From NCBI GenBank assembly GCA_003228685.1, contig QIFC01000115.1:6028-70027 (forward strand): a DNA stretch of 64,000 nucleotides. Reading direction: 5' to 3'. Under the pieces are notes generated by a model, which saw only the letters and a program-made list of their open reading frames with translations, was not told where the DNA came from and made no database searches. The position numbers and the translations under genes are program-made. Shown one piece after another: positions 9,507 through 18,817 of the stretch (the first letter of the stretch is position 1; each line of letters starts with the position of its first letter). Source of the stretch: Chloroflexota bacterium. Its GTDB lineage: Bacteria > Chloroflexota > Dehalococcoidia > DSTF01 > RBG-16-68-14.

Positions 9507-10535
9507 TTGAGTATAATCCACCTTGTGAAGGTATCAGAGCTTGGCGAATTCGGCTTGATCGATCGCCTCACGGAGGTGCTCGCTACGGAGTCGTTCGCTA
9601 CTCCCCGGGAGCGGCTCCTTGTCGGCATCGGCGACGACGCCGCCGTCTGGCGCAACGAATGGGCCGCGACGGTTGCGACCACCGATACGCTTGTAGCGGG
9701 CGTCCACTTCTTGTTGGAGAAGACGCCCTGGAACGACGTCGGGTGGAAGGCGATCGCGGTCAACGTGAGCGACGCCGCCGCCATGGGAACCCGACCGGAT
9801 TTCGCGCTGATCACCTTGGGCCTGCCCGCCAACGCCGAGAGCGAAGACATCGACAAGCTCTACGCTGGCGTCGCGGAGGCCACCGACGCCTTCGATGTCG
9901 AAATCGCCGGTGGCGACATTGTGCGAGCGCCCGTCACGTTCATTTCGGTCGCACTGACGGCCCAGGCGCAGGTTGGCGAGGATGGCCAGCCGCTGGTGCT
10001 TCGCCGCAACGCCGCGAAGGCGGGCGACCTGATCGCCGTCACCGGCTCGCTCGGCGGTGCGGCCGCCGGACTGCGCGTCGTCGTACGCGAAGAGCCAGCG
10101 ACGGAGGAGGAGCGCTCGTTCGTTGAGCGATACCAGCGGCCGCAACCACGAGTTGAGGCAGGGGTGCTGGCTGTCGAATCGGGGCTGGTCTGCGGCATCG
10201 ACGTGAGCGATGGGTTGTTGCGCGACCTTGGGCACATCTGTCAGGAGAGCGGGCTCGGCGCGTTGGTCGGCGTCGAGAAGCTACCGATCGAGCCCGGGCT
10301 GGCAAGTTCGTTCGGGTCGGCGGAAGCGCTGGCCCTGGCCGCGGGCGGAGGCGAGGATTACGAGCTGCTGTTGGTCGGCGAGAGCGACCGGATCGCCGAG
10401 CTGGAGAACGAGATCGACGTGCCGTTAACGGTGATCGGTGAGATGACGCCCGACGAATCGCGGAAGGTGCAGCTGCGCACGGCAGCGGGCCAAGGAATCG
10501 AGCTGCCGTCTGGGGGCTGGGACCATCTCGCGTAG
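9507..10535 (+). CDS. thiL: thiamine-monophosphate kinase
   Basis: Motifs GEFGLIDRL, GIGDDAAV, GDIV and GGEDYELL, which fit the PurM-like ThiL pattern. Confidence 0.85.
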   Translation: MSIIHLVKVSELGEFGLIDRLTEVLATESFATPRERLLVGIGDDAAVWRNEWAATVATTDTLVAGVHFLLEKTPWNDVGWKAIAVNVSDAAAMGTRPDFALITLGLPANAESEDIDKLYAGVAEATDAFDVEIAGGDIVRAPVTFISVALTAQAQVGEDGQPLVLRRNAAKAGDLIAVTGSLGGAAAGLRVVVREEPATEEERSFVERYQRPQPRVEAGVLAVESGLVCGIDVSDGLLRDLGHICQESGLGALVGVEKLPIEPGLASSFGSAEALALAAGGGEDYELLLVGESDRIAELENEIDVPLTVIGEMTPDESRKVQLRTAAGQGIELPSGGWDHLA

Positions 10536-10614
10536 CCTGGAGTTCGAGACGAAGACACCGTCCGAGACGAGGCGGCTGGGCGCTCGGATAGGCAGGCTAT
10601 TAGAGGCGGGTGAC

Positions 10615-11007
10615 GTGCTCCTCTTCCAAGGTGAGCTGGGGAGTGGCAAGACCGTGCTGGCGCAGGGTGTGGGCGAGGGGCTGGCCGTTCGCGAGCCCGT
10701 CAAGAGCTCCTCGTTTGTCCTGGTGAACGAATACCACGGCCGCCTGACGGTCCAGCATGCCGACCTCTACCGCCTGGAGGAGGCTGCCCAGGTCTTCGAT
10801 CTGGGGCTGGAGGAGATAGCCGCGCCCGGCGTCCTCATCGTCGAGTGGCCTGAGCGCGCTTGGGACGAACTGCCGCCGGAGCATCTCCTGATCCGCATTG
10901 TCGAGGCTGGAGATGGGCGGACGCTCACACTGGAGGCGAAAGGCTCGCGATACGAAGAGTTGATCGAACAGCTCCAACGCCGGAGTAGACAGGTGGCGAA
11001 GGCTTGA
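10615..11007 (+). CDS. tsaE: tRNA t6A37 biosynthesis ATPase TsaE
   Basis: P-loop LFQGELGSGKTVLAQGV plus HADLYRL and VEW. The true N-terminus probably extends upstream: the frame is open back past 10537 and encodes ..TRRLGARIGRLLEAGDV.., but there is no ATG/GTG/TTG there. Confidence 0.8.
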   Translation: MLLFQGELGSGKTVLAQGVGEGLAVREPVKSSSFVLVNEYHGRLTVQHADLYRLEEAAQVFDLGLEEIAAPGVLIVEWPERAWDELPPEHLLIRIVEAGDGRTLTLEAKGSRYEELIEQLQRRSRQVAKA

Positions 11008-11690
11008 GCGAGCCGCTCAATCCCTCGCTCGAGCTTTCGATCGACACCTGTTCGGACAACGCTTCGGTCGCGCTCTCCAGAGAGGGCGTTCTCCTCGTCG
11101 AGCTGACGTGGCAGATAGGGCGGGAGCACTCCAGACAGTTGCTGCCCGCGATAGACGGCCTTCTGGGCCGTCTGAGCGCGTCTAAGGATGATCTGGCGGC
11201 GTTGCTCGTCGCAAAAGGCCCCGGTGGCTACGCGGGCGTTCGAGCGGGCGTCAGCACGGCCAAGGGCCTCGCGTTCGGGCTCGAACTGCCGCTGGTCGGC
11301 GTGGGCCGCCTGGAAGTGGAGGCGTACGCGTGGCGGGCCGCCGGCGGGCCGATCGTCGCTGTGCATCGTGCCGGGCGTCGCGACGCCGCATGGGCAGCCT
11401 ACGAGGGCGTACCGGAGTGGAGAGAACTATCGGCGCCGCGGTTGAGCCCGCTGAAGGATCTGGTCTCGCTCCTTCCTGCGGAATCACTCGTTACGGGCGA
11501 CCTAGAGCAGGAGGCGGTCGCAGAGATGACGGCGCTCGGCCATCGCACCGTCACGGGCGCCGCGACGATCCGCCGCGCCGCCATCCTGGCCGAACTGGGC
11601 TGGCAGCGCCTGCAGGCGGGCGAGACGGATGATCCTAAGACATTCGTGCCTCTATACTTACGCGAGCCCGCCATTGGGCCGCAACCATAG
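11004..11690 (+). CDS. tsaB: tRNA t6A37 biosynthesis protein TsaB (YeaZ)
   Basis: LSIDTCSDNASVAL....GPGGYAGVRAGVSTAKGLA. The TTG start overlaps the tsaE stop. Confidence 0.8.
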   Translation: MSEPLNPSLELSIDTCSDNASVALSREGVLLVELTWQIGREHSRQLLPAIDGLLGRLSASKDDLAALLVAKGPGGYAGVRAGVSTAKGLAFGLELPLVGVGRLEVEAYAWRAAGGPIVAVHRAGRRDAAWAAYEGVPEWRELSAPRLSPLKDLVSLLPAESLVTGDLEQEAVAEMTALGHRTVTGAATIRRAAILAELGWQRLQAGETDDPKTFVPLYLREPAIGPQP

Positions 11691-11699
11691 AAGTAGGTT

Positions 11700-12149
11700 A
11701 TGGAACGTACGCTCATCCTCCTGAAACCAGACACTCTGCAACGCGGCCTGGCCGGCGAGATCATCTCGCGGCTGGAGCGCCGCGGCCTGAAGTTCGTCGG
11801 CATGAAGCTCCTGCAGCTCGATGACGCGTTCGCTCGCCGCCACTACGCCGAGCACGAAGGCAAACCGTTCCTGGACTCGCTGATCGAGTTCATCACGTCC
11901 GGTCCGCTGATCGCGGCGGCGCTGGAAGGCCCCAACGCGATCGCGCTGGTCCGCAAGCAGATGGGCGCGACCGACCCGCAGAACGCCGACAGCGGTACGA
12001 TCCGCGGCGACCTGGCGCTCTACGTGCAGTTCAACCTGATCCACGGCTCCGATTCGCCGGAATCCGCCGAGCGGGAGCTTGCTCTCTTCTTCAACGACGA
12101 TGAGATCGTCTCCTGGGACCGCGCCGTGGACGCCTGGATCGTTGACTAG
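11700..12149 (+). CDS. ndk: nucleoside-diphosphate kinase
   Basis: Motifs [17 protein letters not shown] and NLIHGSDS (active-site His). Confidence 0.95.
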   Translation: MERTLILLKPDTLQRGLAGEIISRLERRGLKFVGMKLLQLDDAFARRHYAEHEGKPFLDSLIEFITSGPLIAAALEGPNAIALVRKQMGATDPQNADSGTIRGDLALYVQFNLIHGSDSPESAERELALFFNDDEIVSWDRAVDAWIVD

Positions 12150-12678
12150 CGAGCCCAACCAAACGTTCTCCGTTCGTCCTGAAGCCCCCGCCGATTACGC
12201 CGCTATCCATACGCTGGTGACGGCCGCGTTCGGCCGCGAGGACGAAGCCAAGCTCGTCCGTCTGCTCCGCAACGATGCCGATGCCTACGTGCCTGACCTA
12301 ACGTTGGTCGCGGAAGAGGCTGGCGAGATCATCGGGCACATCATGTTGACCAACGCGATGCTTCAGGGCGAGGAGGACTGGCGGGTGCTTGCGCTGGGAC
12401 CGCTCTCTGTCACGCCCGAACGGCAGCGGACGGGCGCCGGCATCGCGCTCACCGAGGCCGCGCTCGAACTGGCTGACGCTCGAGGCGAACCACTCGTGGT
12501 TCTGCTCGGGCACCCGGCCTACTATCCGCGCTTCGGCTTCGAGCCGGCGCGCGGCCGCGGCATCACACCGCCGTCGGAGGAAATGCCGGATCCCGCATTC
12601 ATGGTCAAGGTGCTCTCAAACTACGAGGAGCGCTACCGAGGGCGCTTCGAGTACGCCCCCGCGTTCGACCAGGTCTAA
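12142..12678 (+). CDS. GNAT family N-acetyltransferase
   Basis: [16 protein letters not shown]...[17 protein letters not shown]...[11 protein letters not shown]. The TTG at 12142 overlaps the ndk stop. The longer ORF from 12079 runs inside ndk. Confidence 0.7.
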   Translation: MTSEPNQTFSVRPEAPADYAAIHTLVTAAFGREDEAKLVRLLRNDADAYVPDLTLVAEEAGEIIGHIMLTNAMLQGEEDWRVLALGPLSVTPERQRTGAGIALTEAALELADARGEPLVVLLGHPAYYPRFGFEPARGRGITPPSEEMPDPAFMVKVLSNYEERYRGRFEYAPAFDQV

Positions 12679-12697
12679 GGCTGGACCGTCGTCTAGG

Positions 12698-13084
12698 CTA
12701 CTGGATGCGCACGATCTCTGTGGCGTCCTTCCACAGCTCTTCAAGCGCATAGTAGGCGCGTAGCTCGGGCGAGAAGATGTGCAGGATGATGTCTCCGTAA
12801 TCTGCGAGGACCCATCCCGAGTCGACGCCGCCCTCGCGATGATGGGGCTTAATGTCCTTTTCGCGCAGTTCGTTATTGACCAGTTCGACGAGTGCGCGCA
12901 TCTGGCGGTTGTTGACGGCGGTGGCGATCACGAAGTAATCGGCGAAGGAAGCCACGTTCCTAATATCGAGGAGCAGCACGTTCTCCGCCTGGCGGTCAGC
13001 TAGCAGGTCGACGATGCGGCGGGCGAGGTCGGTGGGTGCGTTCAGTAGGTGCCCTTCAGGTGCAGTTGACGTGGCTGGACTCAT
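12698..13084 (-). CDS. rsfS: ribosome silencing factor RsfS (iojap-like)
   Basis: [32 protein letters not shown]....[15 protein letters not shown]....YALEELW. I chose the ATG at 13084; the longer ORF to 13291 runs antisense into mnmA. Confidence 0.85.
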   Translation of the reverse strand: MSPATSTAPEGHLLNAPTDLARRIVDLLADRQAENVLLLDIRNVASFADYFVIATAVNNRQMRALVELVNNELREKDIKPHHREGGVDSGWVLADYGDIILHIFSPELRAYYALEELWKDATEIVRIQ

Positions 13085-13144
13085 GCGTCCGCCAGTATAC
13101 CACTCGCACTGTGCAGGTCTTTCTATTCGGTAGAATGGGGTGCT

Positions 13145-14245
13145 ATGTCTCGTGATCGCGTCGTTGTTGCGATGAGCGGTGGTGTTGACTCCTCCGTGGC
13201 CGCTGGGTTGCTGCTGCGAGAGGGCTACGACGTCGTTGGGGTGACGATGCGCCTCTGGGCGCAGGAAGACGTGCAAGCGCCCCGCTACCACAGACGCTGT
13301 TGCTCAGTAGAGGACATCGACGACGCGCGCTCCGCGGCGGACGTCCTCGGCATTCCTCACTACGTTGTCAACATGGAGCAGGAGTTCATGGCGAACGTCG
13401 TCGACTACTTCGTGGCTGAGTACAGCCGCGGACGGACGCCAAATCCCTGCCTTCCATGCAACGAGCACGTGAAGTTCCGAGCGCTGGTACAGCGGGCGGA
13501 GGCGATGGAAGCTCGCTATCTGGCCACCGGCCACTACGTGAAGATCGTCGAATCGCACGGGGTCTACGGACTCCACCGCGCAAGAGACGAAGCGAAAGAC
13601 CAATCGTACGTGCTCTACATGCTGGGTCAGGAAGATCTGGCGCGCCTGCTCTTTCCGATGAGCGCGTTCGAGAAGGACGAGATTCGGGAGCTGGCGACCG
13701 AGATGGGCCTGCCCAACGCGAGCAAGCCCGACAGCGCCGATATCTGTTTCCTGCCGAACGAGGACTATCGAGACTTCATCGCAGAGCGGGTCCCGCAGGC
13801 CGCAGGTGACGTCGTCGACAGCGATGGCTCGGTCGTGGGGAGGCACGAAGGCGTCGCCAGGTTCACGATCGGCCAACGGCGCGGCCTGGGCGTCGAGGTA
13901 GGGGAGAAGCGCTACGTGACGTCGATCGACCCGCAGCTCAACCTGATTACGATCGGGCCGGAAGAAGCGCTGCTGTCCGGGGGTCTGAGCGCGGAAGCGC
14001 TCTCCTGGGTGGGTGGCGAACCGCCCGCGGACGAATTCGAGGCTGATGTGAAGATCCGCTATCAGGCACAAGCGCAACCGGCCCGCGTAAGACTGACCGA
14101 GGCGGGCGCGAAAGTGCGCTTTCGCGAGCCACAACGCGCCATTACCGCGGGGCAGGCGGCAGTCTTCTATCACGGGGATGAGGTGCTGGGCGGCGGGATC
14201 ATCACGCGCGCGGAAGACGGGAAGTCAGGGCCAACGAACGGATAG
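13145..14245 (+). CDS. mnmA: tRNA 2-thiouridine(34) synthase MnmA
   Basis: PP-loop [28 protein letters not shown] and the ADICF motif region. Confidence 0.9.
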   Translation: MSRDRVVVAMSGGVDSSVAAGLLLREGYDVVGVTMRLWAQEDVQAPRYHRRCCSVEDIDDARSAADVLGIPHYVVNMEQEFMANVVDYFVAEYSRGRTPNPCLPCNEHVKFRALVQRAEAMEARYLATGHYVKIVESHGVYGLHRARDEAKDQSYVLYMLGQEDLARLLFPMSAFEKDEIRELATEMGLPNASKPDSADICFLPNEDYRDFIAERVPQAAGDVVDSDGSVVGRHEGVARFTIGQRRGLGVEVGEKRYVTSIDPQLNLITIGPEEALLSGGLSAEALSWVGGEPPADEFEADVKIRYQAQAQPARVRLTEAGAKVRFREPQRAITAGQAAVFYHGDEVLGGGIITRAEDGKSGPTNG

Positions 14246-14333
14246 GCGGCGGCGGTTTCGTCTGAGGCGTCGTCTACCGATGCTTCTCTAGAGACCTGCG
14301 TGCTTCGACCGGCCATGCTATCATGCAGCGCTG

Positions 14334-14696
14334 ATGGAGGTGGTTTTGTTGAGTTATCCGTTGTTGTTCCTCGATAGCCTCGCGAACTGGCGCGATGTGA
14401 TGATCATCGCAGTCGGTTCACTTACATTTGTGGTGTTGGCAGTGATCCTCGTCGCCGTTGTCGTACTAGGCCTGGCAACCCGCGTGCTCATCCGCAGGGC
14501 AAACCAACTGCTGAACGACGAAGTCTCGCCGCTCGTGGGTTCGGCGCAGGAGACGCTCGATACGGTCCGGGGCACCGCATCGTTCGTGAGCGAGTCGACG
14601 GTGACGCCGATCATTCGCGTTTATGGTGTTGTGGCCGGCGCGAAGCGGGCGGCCAGTGTGATCACGGGCATCGGGCGGAGTGACAGCAGCGAGTAG
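14334..14696 (+). CDS. small membrane protein (DUF948-like)
   Basis: One N-terminal TM helix followed by a coiled segment. It sits immediately upstream of a YtxH-like gene, a common pairing. The start is uncertain (alternatives TTG 14346/14349 after GGAGG, or ATG 14400). Confidence 0.5.
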   Translation: MEVVLLSYPLLFLDSLANWRDVMIIAVGSLTFVVLAVILVAVVVLGLATRVLIRRANQLLNDEVSPLVGSAQETLDTVRGTASFVSESTVTPIIRVYGVVAGAKRAASVITGIGRSDSSE

Positions 14697-14726
14697 CCTC
14701 GCGCTTATCGCGAAAGGAGTTCGCAT

Positions 14727-15131
14727 GTGTCTGAGGAGATCGAAGCGCTAGCCGACGTGATGGACGAAGAGTTCGCTGACGAGTCAGCCGGCGACGAAGC
14801 GGATGAGCACAAGTCGCACGGTCCGGGCCTGAGGCTCGGCATCCTCGTAGGGCTGATCGCCGGTGCTGTTGTGGCCATCCTGTTTGCGCCGCCGACCGGC
14901 GAAGAGACGCCGCTGGATCAGGCTGCGGAAGGGCTGGCGGAGGGAAGCGAGGCATCGCCGCCGGGCTCGGATGAGGACACGCCGATGGCTCGTGTACGTT
15001 CGCTCATCGAGCACGTGCGCGCGCGTGTGCGCGAAGCGTCCCGAGAGGCGGAGATCGCCACGCGTGGGACCGAAGAGCTAGCTCAGGCTCGCTACGCTGA
15101 GCTGACGCACCAAGAAGGGAAGAAGAAGTAA
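14727..15131 (+). CDS. YtxH-domain protein
   Basis: GLIAGAVVAILFAPPTGEETP matches the YtxH motif. The GTG start lies 7 nt after AAAGGAG. Confidence 0.6.
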   Translation: MSEEIEALADVMDEEFADESAGDEADEHKSHGPGLRLGILVGLIAGAVVAILFAPPTGEETPLDQAAEGLAEGSEASPPGSDEDTPMARVRSLIEHVRARVREASREAEIATRGTEELAQARYAELTHQEGKKK

Positions 15132-15170
15132 GACGTAGCGCGGGGATGAGACACTCCGCGCATCGCACCG

Positions 15171-15518
15171 TTACTGTTGAGGCGCTAGTACAAAGCTAAT
15201 ACTTTCGTCCACCAGCCTTCCGATTTCAGGAGCGTCTTCCAGCATCCGTCTAGGTATCACGGCATATTCTCTCTTGATGTGTCCCTTGGGGAAGTATCGC
15301 AAACGCCTTGCGCCTTGCTCCTTGAACAGGACTTCAAGAGCCTGAGGCGGGAGCCGGAGAGCAATTCCAAACCTTCCGCAGGAAATGAATATCCGGCCGT
15401 TCACGTAGCCGCCTACCGCACCAAAAACGTTTCTAAATTCTATCCGATGAGTAGTGGCGAGGTTGGGCCGAACTTGGTCCAACAGCGCTGCGATCCTGCC
15501 GGAATACTGATTCTTCAT
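15171..15518 (-). CDS. TfoX/Sxy N-terminal-domain protein
   Basis: FRNVFGAVGGYVNGRIFISCGRFGIALRL fits the TfoX_N pattern. GC content is visibly lower than in the flanks. Confidence 0.6.
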   Translation of the reverse strand: MKNQYSGRIAALLDQVRPNLATTHRIEFRNVFGAVGGYVNGRIFISCGRFGIALRLPPQALEVLFKEQGARRLRYFPKGHIKREYAVIPRRMLEDAPEIGRLVDESISFVLAPQQ

Positions 15519-15555
15519 GGACCACTGGAAGAAGAACTACGAACGACGTCGCTCG

Positions 15556-15643
15556 TGGCGGAGAGGGTGGGATTCGAACCCACGAGGGCTTGCACCCTAC
15601 ACGCTTTCCAGGCGTGCCTGTTCGGCCGCTCCAGCACCTCTCC
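15556..15643 (-). tRNA. tRNA-Ser (anticodon GGA)
   Basis: The reverse complement reads GGAGAGG..CACGC-CTGGAAA-GCGTG..long variable arm..GGTTCGAATCC..CCTCTCC-G-CCA. The cloverleaf has a long extra arm and an encoded CCA. Confidence 0.9.
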
Positions 15644-15701
15644 GCTCTCAGAGTCGAATACAATGCGGGCGCTAACCCGCATCGCGGCATATTCCTTGTG
15701 A

Positions 15702-15789
15702 TGGCGGAGAGGGTGGGATTCGAACCCACGAGGGCTTGCACCCTACCGCTTTTCGAGAACGGCACCTTCGGCCACTCGGACACCTCTCC
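15702..15789 (-). tRNA. tRNA-Ser (anticodon CGA)
   Basis: The reverse complement reads GGAGAGG..CCGTT-CTCGAAA-AGCGG..long variable arm..GGTTCGAATCC..CCTCTCC-G-CCA. The 3' half is identical to the neighbouring tRNA-Ser. Confidence 0.9.
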
Positions 15790-15911
15790 GCAGATAGGAT
15801 ATGCCTCCATCGCGAGTATACCAGCCTTCGCATTCGCTAACCATTTACTACTGGCGAATCGGCGAGTAGCGCCATGGCCAACACACTCACACTTTGTATA
15901 TACTCCCTCGC

Positions 15912-16847
15912 ATGAAGGAGTTCCGCGATAAGCTCGCTGTAGTCACGGGCGCTGGTACCGGCATGGGCCGGGAGCTTGCTCGTCAGCTCGCGGCCGAGGG
16001 CTGCCACGTCGCCATCTGCGATGTGCTCCCCCAGAACATGGAGGAGACCAGAAAGGCCTGCGAGGAGATCTCCCCAGAAGGCGCGCGCATCACCGCTCAC
16101 GAGTGCGACGTCTCCGACGAAGCGCAGGTCCTGGCGTTTCGCGATGCGGTCCTGCAAGAGCACGCCACCGACTTCGTCAACCTGGTCTTCAACAACGCGG
16201 GCGTCGGCGGAGGAGGCAGCATGCTCGTCGACAGCCGCGAAGAGTGGGACAGGACCTTCGGCATCTGCTGGTCCGGCGTCTACTACTGCACTCGCGCGTT
16301 TCTGCCGCTGTTAGTCGCCAGCACCGAAGGGTACCTCGTCAACACCAGCAGCCTGAACGGCTTCTGGGCATGCCTTGGTCCGGGAATCGCGCACACCGCG
16401 TACAGCACGGCAAAGTTCGCGGTAAAGGGCTTCACGGAGGCGCTGCTGACCGACCTGCGCGTGAACGCGCCCCACGTCAAGGCCGCGGTCGTGATGCCGG
16501 GCCACATCGGCACATCGATTGCCATCAACAGCCGGCTCGTTCACGGCAAGGCCAGCGTCGAGGACATGTCTCCCGAGGAGCTGCAGGAGACGCGGGAGCG
16601 CATGGCGCGCCAGGGCATGCCAACCGACGGCGCCAGCGACGAGCAACTGAAGGCGGCCATGAAGCAGCGAGCCGAGCAGTTCCGTGACAACGCTCCAGTC
16701 TCGGCGGCGCAGGCGGCCACGATCATCCTGGACGGGGTCCGCAACGACGAGTGGCGCATCCTTGTCGGTGAGGACGCGAAAGCGCTGGACGGGCGCGTGA
16801 GAGCGAATCCCGAGGACGCATACGACCTCTCTTTCGTTCGCCGATGA
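15912..16847 (+). CDS. SDR-family oxidoreductase
   Basis: Motifs KLAVVTGAGTGMGREL, NNAG and YSTAK. The ATG at 15912 is preferred over the ORF start at 15894. Confidence 0.8.
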   Translation: MKEFRDKLAVVTGAGTGMGRELARQLAAEGCHVAICDVLPQNMEETRKACEEISPEGARITAHECDVSDEAQVLAFRDAVLQEHATDFVNLVFNNAGVGGGGSMLVDSREEWDRTFGICWSGVYYCTRAFLPLLVASTEGYLVNTSSLNGFWACLGPGIAHTAYSTAKFAVKGFTEALLTDLRVNAPHVKAAVVMPGHIGTSIAINSRLVHGKASVEDMSPEELQETRERMARQGMPTDGASDEQLKAAMKQRAEQFRDNAPVSAAQAATIILDGVRNDEWRILVGEDAKALDGRVRANPEDAYDLSFVRR

Positions 16848-16863
16848 GCGAACGCGTTTGCCG

Positions 16864-17790
16864 ATGAGCGAACGAGTCTTCGATACGCCACTGACCCTTT
16901 CAGGGCCGTATCGCGCGCCTCGCCAGATGCTCGCTACGCAGGAGTACGGCGGGCACGTTTCGATCCACGATGACAGCATGGCCCAGGACCTGGGATTCGC
17001 GGGGGCGCCAATCGAAGGGCCTACCCACTTCAGCCAGTTCGTCCCGCTGCTGCATCAAGTATGGGGCCGCGATTGGGAAGAGCACGGCTGCCTCAGCGCG
17101 CACTACAAGAACCCGGTGGTCGAGGGCGAAGAGGTCAAGGCCTTCGTCGAAACGACCGAACAGCCGAACTACGCTCGCATCTGGGCCGAGAAGAAGGACG
17201 GCACGCCGGTGCTGGAGGGTAGCGCGACGCTCGGGCCCGACCACCCGGAGACCGCGCTGGAAGCGCGGCGCAAGCGGCTCCCGCCGCCCGAGAAGCTGAT
17301 CATCCTGCGCGACGTGGAGGTCGGTTTTCGCGGTCCGCGCGGCACGGTGAAGATGGACTTCGACCAGAACCTGGGTGCGCTGTATCCCTTCACGTTGCTG
17401 GACAAGCTTGAGGTGATCACGGAGCGCTCCGCCTGGTGCACGCCTGAAGGCGGGCCTCAGTCCCCCTGGGGGCGAGCCATTGTGCCGCTCGAGATGATGG
17501 GCCCCCTGACCCAGTACACGAGCCACGAGTCGCAGATACCCGTGCGCGGCCCGGCCGTGGGCCTGTTCGCAGACCTGGAGATCCGCATGGTCAGCGGGCC
17601 CGTATTCGTCGGCAAGGAGTACAACATCGAGCGCGAGGTCGTCCAGCTCAGCGAGAGCCGCCGCACCGAGTCCTACTGGGTGCTGACGTCACTGAGCGAC
17701 CCCGACAACGAGAAACTCGTGGCCCAGGCGCTGCTCAACAGCGCCAGTCTGAAAGACTCCTTCGCGACCTACGCTGAAGAGGCGGGCTAG
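16864..17790 (+). CDS. hypothetical protein (possibly hot-dog-fold / MaoC-like dehydratase)
   Basis: A long ORF with coding-like composition in an acyl-CoA gene neighbourhood. No motif was confidently recognised, so the function is a guess. Confidence 0.45.
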   Translation: MSERVFDTPLTLSGPYRAPRQMLATQEYGGHVSIHDDSMAQDLGFAGAPIEGPTHFSQFVPLLHQVWGRDWEEHGCLSAHYKNPVVEGEEVKAFVETTEQPNYARIWAEKKDGTPVLEGSATLGPDHPETALEARRKRLPPPEKLIILRDVEVGFRGPRGTVKMDFDQNLGALYPFTLLDKLEVITERSAWCTPEGGPQSPWGRAIVPLEMMGPLTQYTSHESQIPVRGPAVGLFADLEIRMVSGPVFVGKEYNIEREVVQLSESRRTESYWVLTSLSDPDNEKLVAQALLNSASLKDSFATYAEEAG

Positions 17791-17952
17791 GCCTACGGCC
17801 TAGCTTGGCAGAAGCTTTGCTTCTGCTCGCACTCTCGCCGGTCTTCTTTCAGCCAGCTCTTACGGCTAGGCCTACGGCCAGCTTGGCAGAAGCTTCGCTT
17901 CTGGTTGCACGGCCAGGCCTGCGGCCTAGCTTGGCAGAAGCTTTGCTTCTGC
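17789..17952. repeat. three copies of a ~38-nt hairpin-containing intergenic repeat (REP-like / terminator array)
   Basis: AGGCCT(A/G)CGGCC(T)AGCTTGGCAGAAGCTT(T/C)GCTTCTG(C/G) occurs at 17789-17826, 17868-17904 and 17915-17952. Each unit has an AGGCC-nnn-GGCCT hairpin and a GCAGAAGC-ttt-GCTTCTGC hairpin. The array lies between convergent genes. Confidence 0.85.
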
Positions 17953-17967
17953 TCCACTCGCGCGCGT

Positions 17968-18795
17968 CTAGCGCCCCTTGAAGACCGGGTCCTCTTTGGC
18001 GACGAACGCCTTGACGGCGTCCCGATGGTCCTGCGTCATGCCTGTGTGAATGTGGTGGGTCGCTTCCAGGTCGAGGCAGTCGTCGACATCGCCGGCCATG
18101 GCGCGGTTCAGGTTCTCCTTCATGTACCTGAAGGCGACGGTCGGCCCGGAGGCGAGCCGCGACGCTAGCTCGCGGGTCTTATCGGCGAGTTCTTCCGGCT
18201 CGCAGACCCAGTTCGTCAGGCCTAGGCTATGCGCCTCTTCCGCGCTGACCCGTTCCGACAGGAAGTAGAGTTCGCGCGCTTTGGCCGAACCGACCAGTTG
18301 CGTCATGAAGAAGGTGCCACCGTAGTCGCCGGAGAATCCGACGCGGGCGAACGCCGTCGTGAGGATCGCGTTGCTCGCCATGATTCTGAGGTCGCAGGCG
18401 AGCGCCAGACCTAACCCCGCACCGGCGGCGGCGCCGGGCAATGACGCGACCGTCGGCTTTGGCATCTTGAAGAGCTTGCCGGCTGTCGCGCGCTGGTTGA
18501 CTCGCTGGGCGTGAATGGCGCCGTCGAGCGTGGTTGGCGCGGACCCACTGCCGCCTCCGCCGGCCATCGCCTTCACGTCGCCACCGGCGCAGAATCCTTT
18601 GCCCGCGCCCGTGAGCACGATGCACTTGACGCCGGCGTCGAGCTCGGCAGTTGCGAGCTGCTCCGCCAGCGCGCCCGTCATCGCGCCGGACATCGCGTTG
18701 CGCGCTTCCGGTCGGTTCATGGTGAGGGTCAGTACGCCTTCGTCCAATGACGCGAGTAGGTCGTTGGTTCCGGTGTCGATCTCTTCTGCTGCCAT
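17968..18795 (-). CDS. enoyl-CoA hydratase/isomerase (crotonase) family
   Basis: LTLTMNRPEARNAM...FCAGGDVK...LPGAAAGAGLGLALACD. The ATG at 18795 (MAAEEIDTG) is preferred; the ORF extension to 18948 overlaps the next gene. Confidence 0.85.
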   Translation of the reverse strand: MAAEEIDTGTNDLLASLDEGVLTLTMNRPEARNAMSGAMTGALAEQLATAELDAGVKCIVLTGAGKGFCAGGDVKAMAGGGGSGSAPTTLDGAIHAQRVNQRATAGKLFKMPKPTVASLPGAAAGAGLGLALACDLRIMASNAILTTAFARVGFSGDYGGTFFMTQLVGSAKARELYFLSERVSAEEAHSLGLTNWVCEPEELADKTRELASRLASGPTVAFRYMKENLNRAMAGDVDDCLDLEATHHIHTGMTQDHRDAVKAFVAKEDPVFKGR

Positions 18796-18817
18796 GTGAT
18801 GTGCCTCCTCTACTGCG

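Noticed and set aside
9329-10126. 265-aa Arg-rich plus-strand ORF overlapping thiL in another frame.
   Set aside because: Its extreme Arg/Gly/Ala composition marks it as a frame artefact. The thiL frame carries all the conserved motifs.
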